From IMG/VR virus record IMGVR_UViG_3300033741_000108, positions 1 to 64,000 of that record: a DNA stretch of 64,000 nucleotides; one strand, 5' to 3'. Made by a program: the position numbers and the translations under genes. Positions 42,701-51,636 of this stretch are shown here, in pieces. This stretch comes from a virus. Taxonomy: Duplodnaviria; Caudoviricetes. The stretch's first letter is position 1, and each line of letters opens with the position of its first letter. The notes beneath the pieces are model-generated. The model did no database searches and had not been told where the DNA came from. It saw only the letters and a program-made list of their open reading frames with translations.

Positions 42701-42830
42701 ATTATCTATGAAATTAGAGAAAGAGTACATTGATAATCCAGATGAATGTCCTAAGTGTGGTGGAGAGTTAAAACACGAAAATGGATGTGAACAATGTGTT
42801 GTATGTGGATGGAGTCCATGTTCAATATAA
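39714..42830 (+). CDS. nrdJ: Class II (B12-dependent) ribonucleotide reductase with ATP cone and intein
   Basis: IIKRDG ATP cone; SNCF, GGGCG, RRGA, EPG, NP-(intein)-CAE, IAPTG, KGVTVFRDG, C-terminal zinc ribbon; no beta-subunit gene in the window. Confidence 0.9.
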   Translation: MKIIKRDGSTVDFDSSKIVEAIKGACSETEYKNDINKINKIVDEIVKENKFHHNLQGRWLSVENVQDLVESWLMVYGMYAEAKRYILYRSEQSQKRHKEWDMTDLQRDVLHRKYIHDGENFNGFIKRVGNNEPKLMKAIRDRKFLFAGRVLDGRGSKEPKTYSNCFVLPSPKDNLEDIFDVGKRMAITYSLGGGCGVNLENLRPNGSDTHNSAEKSTGSVSFGSLYSFITGLISQKGRRGALMLSLPISHPDIKEFITIKSDLDKLTKANISVMITDDFMEAVRESNDFTTSFKVEHDNGETELIEKTYNAKQLFNTLAKQNHDFAEPGVLYWDRINNWYLLSEDTEYNYDSTNPCFTGDMKLLTSDGYKTFKELSGNNVELINNDGEKSNGSVWSNGIKNTVEVKFYGDKDPIKCTDDHVFMTNDGKSCEAIELQGKRIMPFVKVNNEINEYVKYGFLQGDGCLGRLDSDAHKGLEINLSSDDGDVRDLFGIKKHGRTVYINGYNDILSELGFSSNKLPTRDLPHTIRLWDDKDKRMFLKGLYSANGSVIKGYRVALKTTNKYLAKDVVELLSGFNIEAYITTNKSRKQKFSNGVYTMKESYDVNISRYNSIYKFSELIGFIHSYKNESLSDLIIGKSPVVSSIKEIGEEEVFDFNEPINNWGIVEGVIAHNCAEKPLPANSNCLLASINLSALVGNKFEDNAKFNFDEFSELVKLGVIQLNKVLDEGIDRLPFEENKQFGRDYRPIGLGYFGYGDMLIKLGMKYGSKEALEFTHKVGDKMIKVALETSALLAKEHGAFPKFKLKEVLESPFFKEHTNDKITKLVKEHGLYNAELLSIAPTGSLSLLAGTSSGIEPIYKISYTRKTESISEDGDAYYKVFTPIAREYMDKTGITNEDDLPDYFVTSGDLTALQRIKTQSVWQHYIDASISSTVNLHESATVEDVKDIYMLAWEYGLKGVTVFRDGCKRAGILGNHDKDKKDKSVKDMSVDDLQLELSMKLEKEYIDNPDECPKCGGELKHENGCEQCVVCGWSPCSI
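40779..41732 (+). mobile_element. Intein (318 aa) with LAGLIDADG homing endonuclease domain
   Basis: Starts CFTGD, block B CTDDH, YGFLQGDG and FLKGLYSANG, ends VFDF..IAHN followed by +1 Cys. Confidence 0.92.
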
Positions 42831-42838
42831 TTAATACT

Positions 42839-42869
42839 AAGATAGGCATTAAATTGTCTATCTTTTTTT
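42839..42869 (+). terminator. Intrinsic terminator
   Basis: AAGATAGGCA-TTAAAT-TGTCTATCTT followed by a T tract. Confidence 0.8.
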
Positions 42870-42954
42870 ATTTAAATAAACTTCTTGACTTTTTTAAAAA
42901 AATATGATAATATTGTATTGAGGAATATTAGTTAGGTTATAGGGGAGGAAGTAT

Positions 42955-43905
42955 ATGGCTAAAAATTTAAGGGAAGAAAGAATTGGTGAAATTAATACTA
43001 ACAAACAGGGGTGTTCTATGAAGATAATTGAGTACAACAAAGCAATTGATATATTTGTTGAATTTCAAGACGATTACAGAAGCATAGTACATACAGCATA
43101 TTCTGCATTTTCTAAAGGTAAAGTTAGAAATCCAAATCGCAGATTGGGTGAAACAAGCATTAATAATCAAGGTTGTGAGATGGTAATAGTAGAATATAAC
43201 AATTGTGATGACATATATGTTGAGTTCAATGATAAATACAAATATAGAGCCCATGCACAATATCATGATTTCATAGAAGGTGGAGTTAAGAATTTATATC
43301 ATCCAAATGTTTGTGGTATGGGGTTCCTAGGTGATGGTAAACATATATCATCTGAAAATAATAAAAATACTAAAAAATATGATACATGGAGCAACATGTT
43401 GCATAGGGTGTACAATAAAGATATACGCAAGAAATTACCTTCGTATGAGGATTGCCAAGTCTGCAAAGAATGGCATAATTTCCAAAATTTTGGCAACTGG
43501 TTTGATGAAAATTATTATATTATAGGTGCTAGCGATAATATGGCTTTAGACAAAGATATATTAGTAAAAAATAATAAAAAATATAGCCCAGATACCTGTG
43601 TTTTTGTACCAAAGAGTATAAACTCACTATTTACTAGAAGGGAATCGTCAAGAGGTGATACGCCTATAGGTGTATATTATAGGGAAGATAATAATAAATA
43701 TAGGGCTCTTTGTTGCAACCAATTAATTGGTGATAAGCCCAAACAGATAAAATTGGGGCAATTTGATAATCAAAGACAGGCTTTTTTAACATATAAACAA
43801 TACAAGGAGAAGCACATAAAAGAAGTGGCAGATTATTATAAATCAAAAATACCTGAAAGTCTTTATGATGCTTTATATGATTACAAGGTAGATATTACAG
43901 ATTAA
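42955..43905 (+). CDS. Putative HNH-type homing endonuclease with AP2-like C-terminus
   Basis: Duplicated RxGE..NxQGC.M.I.EY N-domain; WSNMLHRVY, VCKEWHNFQNF, LDKDIL..YSPDTCVFVP; own promoter at 42885. Confidence 0.75.
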   Translation: MAKNLREERIGEINTNKQGCSMKIIEYNKAIDIFVEFQDDYRSIVHTAYSAFSKGKVRNPNRRLGETSINNQGCEMVIVEYNNCDDIYVEFNDKYKYRAHAQYHDFIEGGVKNLYHPNVCGMGFLGDGKHISSENNKNTKKYDTWSNMLHRVYNKDIRKKLPSYEDCQVCKEWHNFQNFGNWFDENYYIIGASDNMALDKDILVKNNKKYSPDTCVFVPKSINSLFTRRESSRGDTPIGVYYREDNNKYRALCCNQLIGDKPKQIKLGQFDNQRQAFLTYKQYKEKHIKEVADYYKSKIPESLYDALYDYKVDITD

Positions 43906-44011
43906 AAAACTTCAAATAAACAAAATTAACCCTTGACATGATATAACATTTAATGTACTATGTATTTAGAAGATAATAAATGCACAGCAAAGTAGAAAAG
44001 GAGAGATAGTT

Positions 44012-44794
44012 ATGAAAAAGAATTTTAAGTATTATTTAAACAAAACTGTAAAAATAATTAAAAATATGTTACTAGGATTTGGAGTTATATTTATCATATT
44101 AATTGCATTAATGATTAAAGATGGTGAATTTAATGATAACAAGTCAGAAAATATACCACACAAAGATGAAAATACTACAATATCAAATGAAGAAATAGTC
44201 ACAAAAGAAGATAAAGATAAATCAATACATGTAATTGAAGAAGACGAGAGTATTCCTGTGGATGTAGTAGCAAGCCAGTCAGTATTAATTGCTAAGGCAT
44301 TAAATGTAAATAATAATAAGAAGAGTGTAGATGTAGCCGATATTGCAGATGATACAAGTGAGTTAGATTTAACTAATGAGACAAATGAAGAATCTGATGC
44401 ATACAAAAATGTTGTTGGATTCATTGAAGACGTCAAAGAAACAAAAAATATGATTACGAATAACAGGGATTATAATAAAGATGATTTGGATGAATTTCCA
44501 ATCAGTTATCTCTATAATTTAAAAGAGGCGAATGGGCGTAATTTTAGTGAAAAATATAATCTAAAAATGATGATCGTAACTGGGAAAATTGACAGTATAG
44601 AATTAAGTGGTAATATTATACTAATTAGTAAAGATGAAGATTGGTCTTATGATGAGATGTACTGTGAAACAGTAAAAGGTATTGATGTTAGTAATATTTA
44701 TAAAGGTGATACAATATCTGTAACAGGTGAATTATCATTTGACTGGCTTGGTCGTTTAAAATTTATGGTTTACGAAATAGATGAAATGCAATGA
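44012..44794 (+). CDS. Membrane-anchored protein with tRNA_anti-like OB fold
   Basis: N-terminal TM; EKY..MMIVTGKIDSI..YKGDTISVTG. Confidence 0.55.
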   Translation: MKKNFKYYLNKTVKIIKNMLLGFGVIFIILIALMIKDGEFNDNKSENIPHKDENTTISNEEIVTKEDKDKSIHVIEEDESIPVDVVASQSVLIAKALNVNNNKKSVDVADIADDTSELDLTNETNEESDAYKNVVGFIEDVKETKNMITNNRDYNKDDLDEFPISYLYNLKEANGRNFSEKYNLKMMIVTGKIDSIELSGNIILISKDEDWSYDEMYCETVKGIDVSNIYKGDTISVTGELSFDWLGRLKFMVYEIDEMQ

Positions 44795-44813
44795 ATTAAT
44801 TTTATAAAAGGAG

Positions 44814-45047
44814 ATGAATAAAATGAAAATGAAAACAGTTAGCGAAGTGTTAATAGTCTATGGTGTAACAAATGACTATGTCGAGCAACAATTATATACT
44901 ACTGGGGTGTCTGGTGTAGAGAAAATATTATGGGCTGACCCGTCTGAAAATAATGGATTAAGCTTTTGTAAAGTCTACGTATCTGACGAAATAATATTTA
45001 TATCCAATCCAACTAAAGTTTTTTATAGTGTAGAGGAGGAAAACTAA
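44814..45047 (+). CDS. Hypothetical protein
   Basis: RBS and packing. Confidence 0.55.
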   Translation: MNKMKMKTVSEVLIVYGVTNDYVEQQLYTTGVSGVEKILWADPSENNGLSFCKVYVSDEIIFISNPTKVFYSVEEEN

Positions 45048-45676
45048 TGGATTATTATGGAACACCAGAGGAACATATAAAAAAACTAGAGCGTAGAGTT
45101 AAAAATTTAATTAAAAATAACAGAAAACTACAAGAGGAAAACAAAGGTTTAACAAATAATCTATCTGATGCTGAGTTTAAAATTAAAACTGAGTTAGAGC
45201 CTAGAATTAAACAAGAAGAAAGATCATATGATAATTGGGCTACTAGTCCCACCAAAGGTATGGATGATTGCATGCAGGATTGTTCACGATGTATGAATAC
45301 TGAATGTGAAGGTCATTGGGAATATTGGGTAGAAGAACAACATGTAGATATTGATTTTTGTCAAGATGAGTTAGAAAATTTACATCACAAAACATTGACA
45401 TATTTAAGATTGAAAGATGAAGGTATATTCTCACATTATGAAGATATAATAAATGACTTGATTGATGTATATGATATAAAATATGAAGATTTATTTAGAG
45501 AGATAAATTTATCTGATTTAAATGATTACTATTATTATTTTGTTAAAATATATGATTCATATTTAGGTGATTCATATTATATAAAAGATTTTAATGATGA
45601 CAGGGAAAATTTAAATGAGTATGATGGTATTTATGTTATTAGTGATAAATATTTAGACTATATAAATAGACTATAA
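45047..45676 (+). CDS. Hypothetical coiled-coil/Cys-containing protein
   Basis: TAATG coupling; GAGGAGG RBS. Confidence 0.6.
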   Translation: MDYYGTPEEHIKKLERRVKNLIKNNRKLQEENKGLTNNLSDAEFKIKTELEPRIKQEERSYDNWATSPTKGMDDCMQDCSRCMNTECEGHWEYWVEEQHVDIDFCQDELENLHHKTLTYLRLKDEGIFSHYEDIINDLIDVYDIKYEDLFREINLSDLNDYYYYFVKIYDSYLGDSYYIKDFNDDRENLNEYDGIYVISDKYLDYINRL

Positions 45677-45686
45677 GGAGGAAAAA

Positions 45687-45890
45687 ATGAATTTAATTTT
45701 TACAATAACATGTCCACATTGCTATAATCCTACAAGTATATCATCGATACTATTTATGGATAATAAGAATAAAATTATCGATGTCGAAACACTACAATAT
45801 ACATTACCAGATACATATGTGTGTAATAGTTGTGGTGAAGACTTTAATGTTGATATTGAAGTTAATGTAGAGGAGGATAATAATGAATGA
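45687..45890 (+). CDS. Small zinc-ribbon protein
   Basis: CPHC..CNSC. Confidence 0.6.
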   Translation: MNLIFTITCPHCYNPTSISSILFMDNKNKIIDVETLQYTLPDTYVCNSCGEDFNVDIEVNVEEDNNE

Positions 45891-46098
45891 TAAATTTAAA
45901 TTGATTAATTTTAAAAAGTTTTGGGTTTCATTTGATTTACGATTTCATAATTCGAAATCAGATTACTTTGGTCTTGGATTGTTATTAGGCACATATGGAA
46001 AGAGTATAATTGATAATCATATACAATTTAGAATAAGCTTATGGTTGGTATTGGTGAGTTTTGAAGTAGTTATCAATAAAAACGGGATGGAGGAATAA
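45883..46098 (+). CDS. Hypothetical protein
   Basis: RBS and packing. Confidence 0.55.
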   Translation: MNDKFKLINFKKFWVSFDLRFHNSKSDYFGLGLLLGTYGKSIIDNHIQFRISLWLVLVSFEVVINKNGMEE

Positions 46099-46100
46099 TA

Positions 46101-46496
46101 ATGAGTCATATAATAAATAAACTTACGCAATTAAGATTTTTAACTAATAAATCACACACAATAAAAGAATTAGATATAGATATTTTATCAGAGAGAATAT
46201 CTATCACAGTACAAAGTAATAAAATAATGGCTTCATATGATAATGGGGTATGGGGTTTTGGTCATAGTACAACACATTATATAGATGATAGTATTGAATA
46301 TTACACATTTGGATTTAAGGCAATCGACAAATCAATTGAATTTGTCAAAGAGGTTATAATGAATGAATTAGATAATAGCTATACAAAATCAAATGATATA
46401 GCAGACTTAGATATAACTTCAAAAGAGGCTAGAATAAGAATTGGTAGTGCATTAAAAATTATTTCAAAACGTTTAAAAAGTGGGATGGAGGAGTAA
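46101..46496 (+). CDS. Hypothetical protein
   Basis: GGAGG RBS. Confidence 0.6.
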   Translation: MSHIINKLTQLRFLTNKSHTIKELDIDILSERISITVQSNKIMASYDNGVWGFGHSTTHYIDDSIEYYTFGFKAIDKSIEFVKEVIMNELDNSYTKSNDIADLDITSKEARIRIGSALKIISKRLKSGMEE

Positions 46497-46497
46497 A

Positions 46498-46677
46498 ATG
46501 AACTGCAAAACATGCAAAAACAAAGGCACTATGGATTATGCAGACTTAGTATGTGCTCCTGCATTTGCTAGTTGTTGTTTAATACTAGATTGGTGTTTAA
46601 AATACAAGCAAGAGATAGGCTATATAAATCAGTTTAAAGATGACTTTAGCGATTGTTATATACCTAAGGAGGATTAA
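46498..46677 (+). CDS. Small Cys-rich protein
   Basis: GGAGGAG RBS before ATG 46498. Confidence 0.55.
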   Translation: MNCKTCKNKGTMDYADLVCAPAFASCCLILDWCLKYKQEIGYINQFKDDFSDCYIPKED

Positions 46678-46678
46678 A

Positions 46679-46903
46679 ATGAATAAAAAACAAAAACAAC
46701 AAATATATAATTTCTGTAGTAAACATGCAGACTTGATAAATGCAAGAATAATAGCAAGAGTATCATTTGCAGAATCAACTAGAACGAACGCAACATATTA
46801 TGAGGAGTATTACCATCTATTCCTAAGCTATTATTTCATATTCACATTAAAAAAAGATGGCGATTACAATGATAGTATTATAGAGGTATATATTGGGAGA
46901 TGA
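46679..46903 (+). CDS. Hypothetical protein
   Basis: AAGGAGG RBS before ATG 46679. Confidence 0.55.
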   Translation: MNKKQKQQIYNFCSKHADLINARIIARVSFAESTRTNATYYEEYYHLFLSYYFIFTLKKDGDYNDSIIEVYIGR

Positions 46904-46909
46904 TAGTTA

Positions 46910-47113
46910 ATGAAAAATAAATTTGAGTTACTATGTCCAAAGTGTGGGGACAAAGTTGAAATAAGCAAATATAATTATACAGATTTAAGAAATAGTTATT
47001 GGGTGTCTAATGGATATGGGAATACAGAAAATAGAGAAAAAATCATTAGATGTACTGAGTGTGATTTTGAACAAAAAATTGAATTTACTTCATACAAAGG
47101 AGGTATAGATTAA
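46910..47113 (+). CDS. Small zinc-ribbon protein
   Basis: CPKC..CTEC. Confidence 0.6.
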   Translation: MKNKFELLCPKCGDKVEISKYNYTDLRNSYWVSNGYGNTENREKIIRCTECDFEQKIEFTSYKGGID

Positions 47114-47114
47114 T

Positions 47115-47360
47115 ATGACAGGAATATATTGCGAAGTATCTAAAAACAACTACGATGTCAAAATGAAATTCCTATATGTATTAGATGAATGTGTACTCAG
47201 CAAAGAGAAACTATATAATATACTATATGAAATTTATGGTATCAAACATGTAAAAATATTAGATGAGTTTGAGTATAAAAATAAAAGAGAATTAGATATT
47301 AAATATACAGGGTATATTAATTTAACAACTATATGGAAAGATTATCAAAGTAACTCTTGA
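47115..47360 (+). CDS. Hypothetical protein
   Basis: AAGGAGG RBS. Confidence 0.55.
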   Translation: MTGIYCEVSKNNYDVKMKFLYVLDECVLSKEKLYNILYEIYGIKHVKILDEFEYKNKRELDIKYTGYINLTTIWKDYQSNS

Positions 47361-47438
47361 CAAGCAAGATCAATGTGATATAATAAAGTTAGCAGGTAAT
47401 CAAATGGTATAGGAGGCACACACAGGTATATACAGGTA

Positions 47439-47503
47439 CATTCTAGAGGTTTTTAGCACTTACTGGTACAAGCACACCTTGAGGTATAAAAAGCTCTTAG
47501 ATG
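47439..47503. repeat. Long imperfect inverted repeat (hairpin family member)
   Basis: CATTCTAGAGGTTTTTAGCACTTA / TGAGGTATAAAAAGCTCTTAGATG; central GGTACAAGCACACC. Confidence 0.55.
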
Positions 47504-47530
47504 GACTATATGAAATTGAAAGGAGGAATT

Positions 47531-47845
47531 ATGTATAGTATTTTAACATCTTTATTTGTGTTTGTTGGACTCTTATTTATAGCATTCTTTATCATTGACA
47601 AGGCAACAAATAATGATAAAGATACTAATAAAGAGGATGATAATATAATACACTTTATTTATAAAGACAATCTATTAGAAGGATATAAATTAAAAGATTT
47701 TATTATTGATGGTAGTATATATGCATCTGGACATTATGTTGAAGTATCACAAGATATAGTTTATGAGTATGAATTAAAAGGAAATGTGATGAAGGTATAT
47801 TATGATGATATAGTTTATAGATATAAAGAAAAAAGTAATTCTTGA
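47531..47845 (+). CDS. Hypothetical membrane protein
   Basis: AAGGAGG RBS; N-terminal TM helix. Confidence 0.6.
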   Translation: MYSILTSLFVFVGLLFIAFFIIDKATNNDKDTNKEDDNIIHFIYKDNLLEGYKLKDFIIDGSIYASGHYVEVSQDIVYEYELKGNVMKVYYDDIVYRYKEKSNS

Positions 47846-47897
47846 CAAGATCAAATAAAAATGGTACTATATAATTAGTAGATGAGAGGAGAATAGT

Positions 47898-48212
47898 ATG
47901 AATGAAAACAAAGTAGTAAATTATAAAGTTGAAAATGCGGGTTTATGGTTTAATGCAGATGCTAGACAAATTAATTTAAGATTACAATTTTCAAATGTAG
48001 TTGTTAGTATAAAATTAGATTCAAATCAACACGAAAACCTCAATAAATTATTTGAATTATCAGAGGTATTTGGTATTTATGATTGTAATGGAACATTTGT
48101 AAAAGAAATCACAGGCAAATTTTGTAGGTTAGAAATCGAAAATGATATGCCTATTAAAATTATGCACATTGTAGACAATTCAATTGAAATTGAAATTAAC
48201 AAGGATAGGTGA
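47898..48212 (+). CDS. Hypothetical protein
   Basis: Promoter TTGACA(47842)-17-TACTAT; RBS. Confidence 0.6.
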   Translation: MNENKVVNYKVENAGLWFNADARQINLRLQFSNVVVSIKLDSNQHENLNKLFELSEVFGIYDCNGTFVKEITGKFCRLEIENDMPIKIMHIVDNSIEIEINKDR

Positions 48213-48218
48213 TAAATA

Positions 48219-48458
48219 GTGGTTATGGGTAAAATGTTACTGGAATTGGTAGAATGTAAATTAAAAAAATTTGGGATAAATAAAAATGATATGTTTTATC
48301 TTGAAGGGCACAAATATGGTTTAATTTATTATGACGGGAAAAAGTTTATGCAAAAATATTCAATGGATGATGAATACTATGAGTTATTTGAAGATGATAT
48401 AATTTTATATATACTAGATTCTAAATTGGTAAAGGTAGATGAGAGGAGGACAAAATGA
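48219..48458 (+). CDS. Hypothetical protein
   Basis: RBS and packing. Confidence 0.55.
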   Translation: MVMGKMLLELVECKLKKFGINKNDMFYLEGHKYGLIYYDGKKFMQKYSMDDEYYELFEDDIILYILDSKLVKVDERRTK

Positions 48459-48802
48459 AATTTTGGAGTAAGTTAATTTCAATTATAATAGTATTTACAT
48501 TTCTTTTAATATTTATGACTAATGGGTCACCACGAACTAGTATGAGTGATGGACAAACATCACAAGACGCATACTATATGTGTCATCAATCAGTTGAAGC
48601 ACAGCTAAAAAATCCAGACAGTGCTAGTTTTGAATCATATTCCACAGCACATGTTATAGAAACATCAGATAATAATTGGGAGATAACAGCAGAAGTTACT
48701 AGTGAGAATAGTTTTGGTGGTAGAGTAACAAACACTTTCTTTACAACTGTTGAATACAGAGATGATAATTGGTATGGCGGTAGAGTAGTATTTTTAGATT
48801 AG
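48455..48802 (+). CDS. Hypothetical exported/membrane protein
   Basis: Signal/TM segment; LKNPDSASF..SENSFGG motif. Confidence 0.65.
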   Translation: MKFWSKLISIIIVFTFLLIFMTNGSPRTSMSDGQTSQDAYYMCHQSVEAQLKNPDSASFESYSTAHVIETSDNNWEITAEVTSENSFGGRVTNTFFTTVEYRDDNWYGGRVVFLD

Positions 48803-48811
48803 GAGGATAAG

Positions 48812-49273
48812 ATGAAATTTTATACACAAAAATATGAAGATGTAAAAGAATTAAATTTACAATTGAAAAAACTTTTCTATTTAGGAAAAGATTTACTTCA
48901 ATATTTAGATGACACAGCACCATTGCACTATTATATTAAAGAGATTGTAGCATTATTACAGAATGAAGAAACAAGAACACGTTCTTACTATAATGATGAT
49001 TTTATTAAAATAACAAACAAACTGTTTGGTAAACATAAAAAGGCTGGGCTGATTGATTATTGTAAGTTGGATGGGGATTTTGCAACTGATATAGTTGAAT
49101 CATATGTATTAGAAGTTAGTAAAATATTAGATATGTATATTGATTATAGAGGAGGATTAAAATTTGAACATTGTGATAAGCACAATTGTGAAACTCCACA
49201 TATGATCGCTGATGATGGTATGCATTGCTTAATATGTATTGGTGAAAAAGGAGGATTGGAATGGCTAAGTTAG
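48812..49273 (+). CDS. Hypothetical protein
   Basis: AGGAGG RBS; C-terminal Cys/His cluster. Confidence 0.6.
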   Translation: MKFYTQKYEDVKELNLQLKKLFYLGKDLLQYLDDTAPLHYYIKEIVALLQNEETRTRSYYNDDFIKITNKLFGKHKKAGLIDYCKLDGDFATDIVESYVLEVSKILDMYIDYRGGLKFEHCDKHNCETPHMIADDGMHCLICIGEKGGLEWLS

Positions 49274-50364
49274 ATATAAAAATAGGTAATTTAATGACTC
49301 ATGATGACTTAGCATGTTCGCAATCTCTAGCAAGTGCTATGTCTGATATAGTACACGATAATTTATTTAGAGAATGGAAGGAATATAATAATATGGATAA
49401 CAATATAATTGAATGGAAATTAAAATGTATTAATGTATCAAGAAATAATAAGAGGGATTTTACAATTGGTAAAGTTTATAGTTTAACAATGGACGGATTG
49501 AAATCAGATAATTATACTTGGAAGAATTTCTTATCAAAAAGCGGAGATAATCCATATGAAAAATGGTTAGAGTTTGTAGATGAAGCACAAAATGTATGGG
49601 GTGATATATTAAATTTTGAATTAGTTGGGGTAAATTATTTAACCACTAGTAAATATATTGATAATGGAATAGATATACAAAAATCAGTATCTAACGTGCA
49701 CACTATAGGTGAGAACTTATTTGATAGTTGTAATATACCTTTAAGACCAGTACCTGTAATTGATGATAGAGAATATCCATTACATGAGAAACAATATAAA
49801 GGTACACCATTTGAAGATACAGGTATACTTAACGATGGAATGCTTACAAAAAATGTAACAAGAGGAGTGTGTGCATCACATATTTTTATTGATCATGTGT
49901 GGGATATAGAATTGTATAATAAGGAGGATAGTAAGATGAAAGATAGAGTAGGTAAAAGATATCAAGAATTATGGGATATGTGGTGTGAATTGCAAAATAT
50001 AGTAGATGGAAGACTAGAAGAAGAGAAAGTATTAGACAGTCTAGGTATTTATAATGATTTGGATATAAGTAAACTTAAATCAGAGAAGGGAAAAATAAAT
50101 AATCTATTAAAAGGTTATTCATCATTAAGTAAAATGGGAATTACTAATATTGCGAACAACGATCCTCACACTATAGTAAATTTTAGTAACGGTGATGAGG
50201 TTATTAGCAAAACATCAGATTATGATAATTATGATTTAGAAAAGGGTGTGCTGTTAGCACTGGTTAAACATAGTAGTAGTTGTACAGATTATCATAGCAA
50301 CAGAACATATTCATTTGAAATTTTTGATGCAATTGATGATTTTGTTAATAGAAGATGGGTGTAA
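49261..50364 (+). CDS. Hypothetical protein, probable fusion with internal start at 49936
   Basis: Internal AAGGAGG-8 nt-ATG in frame; C-terminal HTIVNFSNG..YDLEKG domain. Confidence 0.55.
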   Translation: MAKLDIKIGNLMTHDDLACSQSLASAMSDIVHDNLFREWKEYNNMDNNIIEWKLKCINVSRNNKRDFTIGKVYSLTMDGLKSDNYTWKNFLSKSGDNPYEKWLEFVDEAQNVWGDILNFELVGVNYLTTSKYIDNGIDIQKSVSNVHTIGENLFDSCNIPLRPVPVIDDREYPLHEKQYKGTPFEDTGILNDGMLTKNVTRGVCASHIFIDHVWDIELYNKEDSKMKDRVGKRYQELWDMWCELQNIVDGRLEEEKVLDSLGIYNDLDISKLKSEKGKINNLLKGYSSLSKMGITNIANNDPHTIVNFSNGDEVISKTSDYDNYDLEKGVLLALVKHSSSCTDYHSNRTYSFEIFDAIDDFVNRRWV

Positions 50365-50366
50365 TT

Positions 50367-50564
50367 ATGGACTTTATAAAATATCTTTTTAAATGGGTAC
50401 TATTTATTTGTGCTTTTGCATTATCTGTATTATTAGTTGTATTATGGGTAGTTGGTGTAGTATATACATTAAATAACACTGGTGATATACAAATTTGGTT
50501 TATACCATATTGGATATTTAGTGCTGCACTTGTTTTAGCAGTAGCAACTTATAAAGATTATTAG
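50367..50564 (+). CDS. Small membrane protein
   Basis: Two hydrophobic helices. Confidence 0.55.
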   Translation: MDFIKYLFKWVLFICAFALSVLLVVLWVVGVVYTLNNTGDIQIWFIPYWIFSAALVLAVATYKDY

Positions 50565-50582
50565 ATTAGTGAGGAGAAATAT

Positions 50583-51083
50583 ATGAATAAAATGAAAGAG
50601 AAAATTAAAAAGACAAGAGAATACTTAGATTATATAGAAGAGCATTATGATAATGTACAAAAAGCTTGGTCTGCATCTAGACCAAAATTAGAAGGCTTGA
50701 TTGATCAAAAATCATTGCTATGTTTAGATAAACAAATAGCAGAGCATGACTTATCTAAAATGTCTATTGAAGAATTTATACAATATAGAGAACGTTTTTC
50801 ACCTATAAATGAAAATGAACAACATGGTGCCTATTGGAACTTTCAAGATGCTTGGGATAATCATAAAAAATCTAATCAACACCACTGGCAAAACTGGATA
50901 TATATGGAAAATAAGACTAATAGAAAAATGTGCATTATACACAATGTAATAGATTGGATTGCTATGGCATATAAATTTGGTGACAGTGCAGAATTTTACT
51001 ATGGTAATAATAAAACTGCAATTCGAATATCAGATGGTGATAGAGAGTATTTAGAGGAAATATTAGATATTATAGGAGGTTAG
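50583..51083 (+). CDS. HD-like metal-binding protein (DUF5662-like)
   Basis: H..V, HDLSK, H...NQHHWQNW, DWIAM. Confidence 0.6.
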   Translation: MNKMKEKIKKTREYLDYIEEHYDNVQKAWSASRPKLEGLIDQKSLLCLDKQIAEHDLSKMSIEEFIQYRERFSPINENEQHGAYWNFQDAWDNHKKSNQHHWQNWIYMENKTNRKMCIIHNVIDWIAMAYKFGDSAEFYYGNNKTAIRISDGDREYLEEILDIIGG

Positions 51084-51087
51084 CGGT

Positions 51088-51636
51088 ATGAATATAGGCT
51101 TTATTGGAGCAAAAGGGACAAGCAAAAGCACTATGGAGAAATTAATTGTTAATAGAAATAATAATATAAAAAAAGTAATATCCCATACCACAAGAGAACC
51201 ACGCATTGGCGAGGTTGATGGTGTAGATTATCATTTTGTAAGTAGAGAAAAATTTATTTCTCTAAAAGATAATAATTTTTTTGCAGAATATGTGGAAAAC
51301 AGAGGGGCATTATACGGCATATCTAAATCAGAGCTAAGTAATGAAGAGTATATAAAGTGTTTTGTTGTTGATTATGATGGGCTAAAACAGATAAGGGATA
51401 ATTATGGTGATATATTTACAATATATTTAGAGTGTGACAAACATCAAAGGATTCAAAGAATATTAAATAGAGACCTTGAATTAAATTATAACATCTTTGA
51501 GAAAGATGATTTGTATTTTAAAAAACATAAGCACAAAATAAATCCAAATATAAAAATTGACACAACAAATAAAAACATTAATGATGTTTATGATATAATA
51601 ATAAAAAATTTAAAGTCTAAGATTGATATTTTATGA
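51088..51636 (+). CDS. gmk: Guanylate kinase-like protein
   Basis: P-loop GAKGTSKST; SHTTREPRIGEVDGVDYHFVS; YG. Confidence 0.85.
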   Translation: MNIGFIGAKGTSKSTMEKLIVNRNNNIKKVISHTTREPRIGEVDGVDYHFVSREKFISLKDNNFFAEYVENRGALYGISKSELSNEEYIKCFVVDYDGLKQIRDNYGDIFTIYLECDKHQRIQRILNRDLELNYNIFEKDDLYFKKHKHKINPNIKIDTTNKNINDVYDIIIKNLKSKIDIL

